Shown: in pieces, positions 56,982-64,000 of the stretch
Numbering within the stretch: the first letter of the stretch is position 1
How the letters are laid out: every line of letters begins with the position of its first letter
Source: Rhodovibrionaceae bacterium
Lineage (GTDB): Bacteria > Pseudomonadota > Alphaproteobacteria > Kiloniellales > DSM-21159
NCBI GenBank assembly: GCA_028279885.1
Contig: JANQMX010000081.1
Location: 14,093 to 78,092 of the forward strand
Direction of reading: 5' to 3'
Length of the DNA: 64,000 bases
Translations under genes and position numbers: made by a program
The notes under the pieces: generated by a model
The model's input: only the letters and a program-made list of their open reading frames with translations
Told to the model about the DNA's origin: nothing
Database searches by the model: none

Positions 56982-58295
56982 ATGACGTACACGCGGCTGG
57001 CGCTGGGCATGACGCTCTTCGCCTCGATGGCAATGAACGCCTATGCGGATGGAAACGCGCCTGCAGCGAGTGCAGGCCTGATCGGCATCGAAGGCACGGC
57101 GATCGTCTCGATCCACGACGGAGACATGGTCTCTTCCGCCTATGTGAATGGCCAGCTGGGCGAGCGCGAAAGCCACGACGCCTTGAGCGTGCTGTCCTTG
57201 TCGGACTTTTCGGTCGCAAGCGTCCCGGTTTCCAACTCCGTGGCCGGTGCCCCGACGGCGGTTGCGGTCACCCCTGACGGTCAGTTTGCCGTCGTCTCCG
57301 AGAGCTTTGGGCCGCGCCCTGAAGACGGAGAGACCTTTCGTGACAAGCCCATCGGCACAAGGGTGACACTCGTCGATATCTCCGACCGCGCGAGCCCCCA
57401 GGTGGCCGACACGGCAGAGATCGGCAACCGCCTGGACGGCTTGTCGATCAGCCCGGATGGTGCGGTGATCGCCGTGGCCCTCCATCCCACCGACGGGCGC
57501 GGCATCGCCTTCGTGCAGCGCGACGGCAACGCGCTGGGCACAGTGAGCTACGCCAATCTGCCCGCGATCTCCGAAAGCCAACGGATCAGCCATGTTCAAT
57601 GGCATCCCAGCCAGGACTTCATAGCCATCCATACGGTGGACCAAGCCATGGTTCACTTCGCCCGCGTGGCCAGAAACGGCTCCGAGATCACGATCGAGCC
57701 CTGGGGCAACCCGGTGCTGACCTCGAAGTATCCCTTCATGGGCCGCTTCACACCTGATGGCTCACACTACCTGACGGCCAACCTCTTTTGGGGATCGGAC
57801 GTGCCCGGCATCTGGACGGAAGCGGTCGACGGCGATGTTATGGCCATCCGCTTCGACGCCGAAGGCGATGGCGACAACGGCGCCCGCCACCTCATCGTCG
57901 GCCGCGCTGCCACGGGCGCCTCACCGGAAGGCATCGCCATCTCACCCGACGGCGAGTGGGCGGTGACGACCAACCTCGAGGTCTCCTATGCGCCGGCCGA
58001 CGATCCGCGGCACACACCCTATGCCTCGCTGACGCTGATCGATATCGACCGAGAGAGCGGCAAGCTGACCACCGTCGGAACCTACTACTACGACGGCATC
58101 CTACCGGAAGCCGCCACGTTCGACGCCTCCGGCCGCTACGTCGCGGTGGTCAACTTCGATCAGCACGTCGGCGGCGCCGAAGGCGGTTCCATCGACTTCT
58201 GGCGCCTGGTCGAAGGAGACGAGCCCAAGTTGGTGCAAACGCGCACGAGCATCCCGGTGCCGCATGGCCCGCACTCAACGTCACTGGTCAACTGA
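56982..58295 (+). CDS. secreted beta-propeller protein (lactonase/YVTN-like repeat family)
   Basis: Start at the ATG at 56982 after an AGGAGC SD. The signal peptide is MTYTRLALGMTLFASMAMNAYA. Blade motifs recur: VTPDGQFAVVSE, ISPDGAVIAVAL, FTPDGSHYLTAN, ISPDGEWAVTTN and FDASGRYVAVVN. Confidence 0.7.
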   Translation: MTYTRLALGMTLFASMAMNAYADGNAPAASAGLIGIEGTAIVSIHDGDMVSSAYVNGQLGERESHDALSVLSLSDFSVASVPVSNSVAGAPTAVAVTPDGQFAVVSESFGPRPEDGETFRDKPIGTRVTLVDISDRASPQVADTAEIGNRLDGLSISPDGAVIAVALHPTDGRGIAFVQRDGNALGTVSYANLPAISESQRISHVQWHPSQDFIAIHTVDQAMVHFARVARNGSEITIEPWGNPVLTSKYPFMGRFTPDGSHYLTANLFWGSDVPGIWTEAVDGDVMAIRFDAEGDGDNGARHLIVGRAATGASPEGIAISPDGEWAVTTNLEVSYAPADDPRHTPYASLTLIDIDRESGKLTTVGTYYYDGILPEAATFDASGRYVAVVNFDQHVGGAEGGSIDFWRLVEGDEPKLVQTRTSIPVPHGPHSTSLVN

Positions 58296-58312
58296 AGGCA
58301 CGACAAGGCAAG

Positions 58313-58340
58313 CGCCCGAGCCGCGTTTCAGGCTCGGGCG
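58313..58340. terminator. 10-bp-stem hairpin between the convergent propeller and CoA-ligase genes
   Basis: CGCCCGAGCC-GCGTTTCA-GGCTCGGGCG. Confidence 0.45.
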
Positions 58341-58368
58341 TGCCGAGTGCACTTAGATGCCGACAAGA

Positions 58369-59244
58369 TCAGACCGCGTGGGCCGCCAGGCTCTCGCGGA
58401 GTAACGTGGGAAGTTGGCTAGGCGTATCGGCGACGGCGACGCCGGCCCGCTCGAGCGCGCGGCGCTTCGAGGCATAGTCGCCCTTACCGCCCGAGACGAT
58501 GGCCCCGGCATGGCCCATCTTCTTGTCGGGGGGCGAAGCACGACCGGCAATGAAGGCGGCGACAGGCTTGCGCATGGTTGCGGCGTACTCGGCCGCCTCT
58601 TCCTCGGCGCTTCCGCCGATCTCGCCGCAGATCACCACCGCCTCGGTCTTGGGGTCCGCATCGAGAAACTGCAGGGCGTCGCGCGTCGTCGTGCCGATCA
58701 TGGGATCGCCACCGACACCGTAGAAAGCCGACTGGCCCAAGCCCTGCTGCGTGAGATTGAGGCTGGCCAGCGTCCCGAGGCTGCCGGAGCGCGAAATCAC
58801 GCCGACTGCGCCCGGACGGAAAACCGTCTTGTTGAAGGCCGGCATGATGCCGGCGAAGGTCTCGCCGGGCGTCACCAACCCGGCGGTGTTGGGCCCGACG
58901 ATACGGCTGCCGCTGGACCGCGCCGCGGCGTGCATCTCCATCACGTCCTGCGCGGGGATGTGCTCGGTCAGGCAGACGATCATTCTGGCGCCGGCCTCAC
59001 AGGCATCGATTGCAGCGGCCTTGGCCGCCATCGGTGGGATGAACATCAACGCGACATCGAAGCGGCCGGCGGCGTCGCGGGCGCTGGCGTAGACCGGGAG
59101 GCCGAGATGCTCGCTGCCGGCCTTCTTCGGGTTGACGCCGCCGACAACGCTGGCGCCGAAATCGATCATCGCCTGGGTCCAGAAGGTGCCCTGCTTGCCG
59201 GTGATGCCTTGAACCAGAATGCGGTGGGATTTTCTGAGGATCAT
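58369..59244 (-). CDS. succinyl-CoA-synthetase-like (ADP-forming acyl-CoA ligase) alpha subunit
   Basis: 291 aa with [33 protein letters not shown] and the phosphohistidine loop MGHAGAI. 4-nt overlap with the beta-subunit gene. Confidence 0.88.
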   Translation of the reverse strand: MILRKSHRILVQGITGKQGTFWTQAMIDFGASVVGGVNPKKAGSEHLGLPVYASARDAAGRFDVALMFIPPMAAKAAAIDACEAGARMIVCLTEHIPAQDVMEMHAAARSSGSRIVGPNTAGLVTPGETFAGIMPAFNKTVFRPGAVGVISRSGSLGTLASLNLTQQGLGQSAFYGVGGDPMIGTTTRDALQFLDADPKTEAVVICGEIGGSAEEEAAEYAATMRKPVAAFIAGRASPPDKKMGHAGAIVSGGKGDYASKRRALERAGVAVADTPSQLPTLLRESLAAHAV

Positions 59245-60377
59245 GCCGCGCGTTCCTCGGCGGCCGCGACGACAGCGCGCACCGCATCGTCCATCAGGTC
59301 GAAGGGTTCGATATCGAGCTCTCTGCGGATGAGCGCCACCGCCTCCTCCTCACCCGTCCCGTGGACCGTGAAGAAGACGGGGATATCGGGGTCGAGCGCC
59401 TTCCAAGCCTCGACCACGCCTTGCGACATCACGTCGGTGCGTGCGAAAGCGCCGCAGAAGTTGACCAGCAGGCTCTTGATGTTCGGGTTCTTCAGCAGAA
59501 TGCGCAGCGCGGTCTCCGCCTTGGTGTAAGCCTCACCGCCAATCTCCAGGAAATTCGCCGGCGTGCCGCCGTAGTGCGTGATGGCGTCCATCGTCGTCAT
59601 GGTCAGGCCGGCACCGTTCGCCAGCACGCCGACGCTACCGCCCAGCTCGATGTACTTAAGCCCGGCGTCGGCCGCTTCGCGCTCCAGTGCCGTCATGCGC
59701 TCCGGCGCGCCCTTGGGGGCGATCTCCGGCTGGCGGGGCACGGCGGAATCGTCCAGCGTGAACTTGCAATCGAGCGCGACGATCTCGCCGTCGCGGGTGA
59801 TAACCAGGGGATTGACCTCAAGCAGCTCGGCATCGAGTGCTCGGTAGGCCTGGTAGAGTTTGACCAGCGTTTCGGCGATGGCCGCCGCCTGCCCATCGAG
59901 CGGCAGGCCGTCCAGGGCAGCGAGCGCCTCTTCCGGTGACAGACCCTTGGTGATGTCGACGACGATGCGCCGCATAGCCTCCGGATTGCTCTCAGCGGCC
60001 TCCTCGACATCCATGCCGCCTTCGGTCGAGAACAGCACGCTGGGGGCCTTCGCCGCCGGGTCGTTGAGCACCGCTGCATAGAGCTCCTTTTCGATGGGCA
60101 GCTGCGCTTCGATCAGCACCTTTTCGACCAGATAGCCGCCGATCTCCATCCCCAGGATAGCCTCCGCAGCAGCACGCGCCTCCGCCGGTGTGGCCGCCAG
60201 CTTGATACCCCCGGCCTTGCCGCGCTTGCCGGTCGGAACCTGCGCCTTGACCACGCAGGGGCCGATCGCTTCCGCTGCCGCCGCGGCTTCAGCCGCGTCC
60301 CGGGCCAACCGGCTTGGCGGCACGGCGATGCCATGCGCGGCCAGCAGTGGCTTGGCTGCCCACTCCTCGAAGTTCAT
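59241..60377 (-). CDS. succinyl-CoA-synthetase-like (ADP-forming acyl-CoA ligase) beta subunit, ATP-grasp
   Basis: 378 aa with MNFEEWAAKPLLAAHGIAVP, VVKAQVPTGKRGKAGGIK and LEVNPL. It diverges from the housekeeping SucC N-terminus. 4-nt overlaps on both sides. Confidence 0.85.
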   Translation of the reverse strand: MNFEEWAAKPLLAAHGIAVPPSRLARDAAEAAAAAEAIGPCVVKAQVPTGKRGKAGGIKLAATPAEARAAAEAILGMEIGGYLVEKVLIEAQLPIEKELYAAVLNDPAAKAPSVLFSTEGGMDVEEAAESNPEAMRRIVVDITKGLSPEEALAALDGLPLDGQAAAIAETLVKLYQAYRALDAELLEVNPLVITRDGEIVALDCKFTLDDSAVPRQPEIAPKGAPERMTALEREAADAGLKYIELGGSVGVLANGAGLTMTTMDAITHYGGTPANFLEIGGEAYTKAETALRILLKNPNIKSLLVNFCGAFARTDVMSQGVVEAWKALDPDIPVFFTVHGTGEEEAVALIRRELDIEPFDLMDDAVRAVVAAAEERAA

Positions 60378-61792
60378 CGGCCGTATTTCTCCCAGTAGGC
60401 GCCGAACAGCGATTCCTCGGAGGGCTTGTCCTCTGGAATGGTGGTGACCAGCCGGGTGACGTTGATGAAGCAGCGATAGTTGAGATTGTCGTCGATGGTG
60501 TTGCCGGCCCAGGTTCCGCCGCCCATTGAGAGCGTGAAGGGCAGCGCATTGTTGAAACCTCCGCCGTTGCCAAAGGTGTGCGCCTGGTTGACCAGCACTC
60601 GGACCACATCCGTCTCGGCGGCGAGCTCCCGCGCGTGAGCCATCTTGGCCGTGTGGATGCCGACCGAATGCCCCTTACCCGTAACCTCCAGGATGGCGCG
60701 CACCAGGCGCTTAGCCTCGGCAAAGTCCCGCGCGCGGTAAATCGTCAGCACCAAGCTGAGCTTCTCGTCGGCGAAGCCATGCTTGCCGCCGACCTCCGGC
60801 TCCTCGACCATGAAGAAGCGGGCCTGGCGCGCCTCTTCCGGCAGACCGAAGACCTCGGCGGTCACTGAGGCATCCTTGGCGATGACCTCACGATTGAGCT
60901 TGCCGCCAACCCACAGCGTTCGCTCGACCTGCGCCTTTTGCACCGCATCGCAACGCCAGCCGCCGGCCTCCTCCAGGGCCGCGACGGCCTCCTCGTAGAC
61001 GTCGTCAAGGATGACAACGGCGTTCTCAGACGAGCAGGAGGTGGCGTTGTCGAAGATTTTCGAGGCGGCGATCTTCTCCGCCGCGTCGGTGAGATCGGCG
61101 CTCGAGTCGATAATGACCGGCACGTTGCCGGCACCGACACCGATGGTCACCGTGCCGGACTGCATGGCGCGCCGGACGTTGTTCTGGCTGCCCGTCACCA
61201 CGGCCAGGTCGACCTGCTCCACCAGAGCTTGGGTCATGGCCTTGTCGACCGGTCCCGGCAGCACCTGCACCAGGTCCTCCGGATGGCCGCATTTCTTCAG
61301 CTCGGCGCGCATCAGCTCGACCGTCTTGGCCGTTGTCGTGTAGCCCGCCGGCGAGGGTGCAATGATCACCGCGTTGCCGCCCTTCAACGCCATCATGGCT
61401 TTGTTCACCGGCGTGGCAGCCGGGTTGGTCGAGGGGCAGACGGCGCCGACAACACCGACCGGCTTACCGTAGAGAACGAGGCCGCGCTCCGGCTGCTCGT
61501 CGATCACCCCCACGGTGCGGGCGCGCATCAGGTCGCGCAGCGTGCCGAAAGTCTTCCGCGTGTTCTTGATGATCTTGGAGTCGACATTGCCCAGGCCGGT
61601 ATCGTCCACTGCCATCTCGGCCAACATCCGGGCGTGCTCCGGCTTGTAGATCGACCAGGCCAGCGCCGTCACCGCTTCGTCGACCCGCTTCTGGTCATGG
61701 TTCTCAAAACGGTCCATGGCCGTGCGGGCGCTGGCGACCAGCGCGGCGACGATTTCGTCGGCCGAGGGCTGCCGTTGCGCAGTCACACTCAT
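60374..61792 (-). CDS. CoA-acylating aldehyde dehydrogenase (EutE/SucD-type; SauS-like sulfoacetaldehyde dehydrogenase by context)
   Basis: 472 aa with AVDDTGLGNVDSKIIKN, CPSTNPAATP and the catalytic Cys context DNATSCSSENAV. The family call is firm. The substrate call is contextual. Confidence 0.8.
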   Translation of the reverse strand: MSVTAQRQPSADEIVAALVASARTAMDRFENHDQKRVDEAVTALAWSIYKPEHARMLAEMAVDDTGLGNVDSKIIKNTRKTFGTLRDLMRARTVGVIDEQPERGLVLYGKPVGVVGAVCPSTNPAATPVNKAMMALKGGNAVIIAPSPAGYTTTAKTVELMRAELKKCGHPEDLVQVLPGPVDKAMTQALVEQVDLAVVTGSQNNVRRAMQSGTVTIGVGAGNVPVIIDSSADLTDAAEKIAASKIFDNATSCSSENAVVILDDVYEEAVAALEEAGGWRCDAVQKAQVERTLWVGGKLNREVIAKDASVTAEVFGLPEEARQARFFMVEEPEVGGKHGFADEKLSLVLTIYRARDFAEAKRLVRAILEVTGKGHSVGIHTAKMAHARELAAETDVVRVLVNQAHTFGNGGGFNNALPFTLSMGGGTWAGNTIDDNLNYRCFINVTRLVTTIPEDKPSEESLFGAYWEKYGR

Positions 61793-61804
61793 CCTACTCT
61801 CCTT

Positions 61805-63328
61805 CTAGTCCATCAGCGCTTTTTGGACGTCCGCGCCGCGGATCTCGTTGATGATGCTAACGATGATGGCCGCGATCCCGAGGGTGATCAGAAGCGCCGA
61901 AATGGGACGCTCGAAAAAGCCGAAGAAGTTGTAGTCCATCAGCTGCATCGACTTGGAAAAGGCGGACTCGCCAAGCTTGCCGAGGATGAGGCCGAGCACG
62001 ACGCCGGCGGCCGAGTAGCCCGAGCGGCGCAGCAGGTAGCCGACGATCCCGGCCAGGAACATGACCCAGACATCGATGAAGAGGTTGCGCAGCGCATAGG
62101 CGCCGATCACGGCAAGCAGCAGGATGCCCGGCGCCAGCCAACGGAACGGGACGCGCAGGATCTGCACCACCGTCTTGGTCTGCAGCCAGCCGAGGAGAAT
62201 GATGAAGAGGTTGGCCCAGAACATCGCCGCGAAGGTGATCCAGACGAGATCGCCGGAGTTGACGAAGATCAGCGGGCCCGGCTCCATGCCATGGATCTGG
62301 AAGATGCCCATGATCATGGCGGTCAGCGCACCGCCCGGCAGGCCGAGTGCCAAGAGTGGGATCATCGCCGCACCGGTGGCGGCGTTGTTCGCCGTTTCGG
62401 AGGCCACGACCCCTTCCAGCTCTCCCTTGCCGAAGTTCGCGCGCTTCTTCGACCAGCGATGCGCCTGCGAGTAGCCGAGGAAGGCCGCCAAGGTCGCGCC
62501 GATGCCCGGCAGAATGCCGGCAAAAAAGCCGATCACGATGGAACGCAGCATAGTCCAACGCACGCTCAGGAACTCGGCGATGGTGGGAAAATCCAGGCCG
62601 GCCTTAGGCCGCTCTCTCGTCCCCTTAGAGATGTGCATCGCTTGGGTGAGGACTTCCGACACGGCAAAGAAGCCGAGGATCATCGGAATGAAGTGGATTC
62701 CAGCGGAGAGGTAATAGGAGGAAAATTCGAGCCCGAAGAACGAACCTTCGTTGAAGCGTGGAATGCCGCCGACCGGATCGGTTCCTACGGTCGCGATGAT
62801 CAAGCCGGCAAAGACCGACAGCCAGCCCTTCCAGAGGTTCTCTGCCCCGATCGAGGCGGAAACCGCCAGCCCGAAGAAGATCAGGGCAAAGACCTCCTGC
62901 GGCCCAAAAGCGCGCACCGCCCAGCTCGCGATCAAGCCGGTGGCCGACATCATCAGCACGGCGGAGGCGACGCCTCCGATCGCCGAGCAGCTCACCGCTG
63001 CGCCGATGGCCTTGCCGCTTCGGCCCTGCATCGTCATGGGATAACCATCGAAGCAGGTGGGCGCGTTTTCAGGCGCGCCAGGTATGTTGAACAATATCGC
63101 GGTGATGGCCCCGCCGAACACGCCCGCGCAGTAGATCACCGAGAACAGCATCACGGCATGCTCGGGCTGCATGGTGATGGTGAAAGGCAAAAGGACGGCG
63201 CCGAGCGTCAGCATGTTCACGCCCGGAATGGCACCGAACAGCATGCCGCCGATCAGCCCGAGGGCGAAGATCAGAACCGCCTGCCCGTCGCCGAACAGAT
63301 TGAAGGTGCCATCGAGAAACTGCTCCAT
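61805..63328 (-). CDS. tripartite tricarboxylate transporter (TTT) large permease, TctA family
   Basis: 507 aa, about 12 helices. The start MEQFLDGTFNLFGDGQAVLIFALGLIGGMLFGAIPGV is a typical TctA beginning. Confidence 0.9.
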   Translation of the reverse strand: MEQFLDGTFNLFGDGQAVLIFALGLIGGMLFGAIPGVNMLTLGAVLLPFTITMQPEHAVMLFSVIYCAGVFGGAITAILFNIPGAPENAPTCFDGYPMTMQGRSGKAIGAAVSCSAIGGVASAVLMMSATGLIASWAVRAFGPQEVFALIFFGLAVSASIGAENLWKGWLSVFAGLIIATVGTDPVGGIPRFNEGSFFGLEFSSYYLSAGIHFIPMILGFFAVSEVLTQAMHISKGTRERPKAGLDFPTIAEFLSVRWTMLRSIVIGFFAGILPGIGATLAAFLGYSQAHRWSKKRANFGKGELEGVVASETANNAATGAAMIPLLALGLPGGALTAMIMGIFQIHGMEPGPLIFVNSGDLVWITFAAMFWANLFIILLGWLQTKTVVQILRVPFRWLAPGILLLAVIGAYALRNLFIDVWVMFLAGIVGYLLRRSGYSAAGVVLGLILGKLGESAFSKSMQLMDYNFFGFFERPISALLITLGIAAIIVSIINEIRGADVQKALMD

Positions 63329-63342
63329 ACCCGCCCGGCCCC

Positions 63343-63957
63343 CTACATGCCGTAGCGCGCGATGCCGATGATCGCGTTGTTAATGTCGTAGAAGGATTCG
63401 ATCCGTCCGACCGGCAGCGCGACATAGAAGAATCGGGTGAAGAGGAGGAGCACGAGACCGTAGACTACGCAGGTCACGCCCAGCAGTGCCCTTAGTGTGC
63501 GCACCTCCAGAATCAGCAGCAGTCCGAGAATGAAGAAGGGCGTCGCCACATAGAAGCCGACGCTCGGCACGAGGTAGAGATAGATCAGCGGAAAGATGAA
63601 GATCGGCAGATGCTTGGCACGTTGCCAAAGCCCGGGTTTCTGACCCTCGGGCGCAGCACTTTCGGGTGCGGCAATTTCAGGCCCAGCGGCTTCAGGCACG
63701 GCGGCGCGGCCACGACGAATCTCGGCGATGCGATAGATCAGCTGACCGGTCGCCCCGAGCGCCGCGGCGATGCAAAGCGCCCGCGGCCACCCAGCGGCAC
63801 CGAAGGCATACTGGGCAATCTCCCGATCGAATCGCTGTGTTTGCCAGAAGACCCAGGCGAGAACCGCGATCCAGATCGCCCACTCCACGACTGGACCCGC
63901 AAAAGCGCGCAAATCGCGACTACGTTCAGGCAAGGCGGCACCGGCAGTGCTGGGCAT
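63343..63957 (-). CDS. TTT small membrane subunit, TctB family
   Basis: 204 aa with four hydrophobic helices, immediately upstream of TctA. It contains a Pro/Glu/Ala-rich loop insertion. The start is uncertain. Confidence 0.7.
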   Translation of the reverse strand: MPSTAGAALPERSRDLRAFAGPVVEWAIWIAVLAWVFWQTQRFDREIAQYAFGAAGWPRALCIAAALGATGQLIYRIAEIRRGRAAVPEAAGPEIAAPESAAPEGQKPGLWQRAKHLPIFIFPLIYLYLVPSVGFYVATPFFILGLLLILEVRTLRALLGVTCVVYGLVLLLFTRFFYVALPVGRIESFYDINNAIIGIARYGM

Positions 63958-64000
63958 TGCACCTTCCTTGTTGGGTACCAGGCGTACCCGGCTGGACGTT

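Noticed and set aside
60938-63355. 805-aa plus-strand ORF, the longest non-annotated ORF in the window
   Set aside because: It runs antisense across two separate, clearly recognisable minus-strand genes (the acylating aldehyde dehydrogenase and TctA) and their intergenic gap. It is Arg/Gly/Asp/His-rich and low in complexity. This is a typical GC-rich shadow ORF.

Overview
High-GC, densely coding chromosomal segment of alphaproteobacterial type. I find about 60 CDS and no rRNA, tRNA, transposase, integrase or CRISPR array. Family names below are recognised by eye from motifs and were not confirmed by a search. LEFT THIRD (1-22.4 kb): a truncated PhnM-family amidohydrolase, an alpha/beta hydrolase, a SAM methyltransferase and an EamA exporter form an operon divergent from an Rrf2 regulator. 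Then come an HTH-less AraC-N::LysR-C chimeric ORF, katG, and an XRE-regulator/amidase/orphan-SBP unit bracketed by two copies of a 68-nt element. After that lie three GNAT acetyltransferases with small DUF-type genes, sitABCD metal uptake, an SDR, an AAC(3)-I-like acetyltransferase and a DUF808 protein. MIDDLE (22.4-41.4 kb): the urtABCDE urea transporter, with a sigma54-type promoter, converges on a compact ureDABCEFG urease operon. A lower-GC 1003-aa membrane-anchored patatin-like protein, a CDF metal exporter and pyruvate carboxylase follow. RIGHT THIRD (41.4-64 kb): an apparent C2-sulfonate catabolic island in three parts. (1) xsc plus a GMC dehydrogenase, divergent from a TRAP transporter, an IclR regulator and a TauE sulfite exporter; this is the isethionate-type layout. 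(2) An unassigned block of DeoR, a TIGR00725/LOG-like protein, a 4-gene ABC transporter, LysR and a secreted beta-propeller. (3) A translationally coupled operon of TctB/TctA, a CoA-acylating aldehyde dehydrogenase and a two-subunit ADP-forming CoA ligase, which I read as a sulfoacetate-type activation route feeding Xsc. The candidates most worth follow-up are that last module, the unassigned block, the giant patatin protein, the orphan PhnM operon and the stop-codon-bearing 68-nt repeat. None is proven novel from sequence alone.
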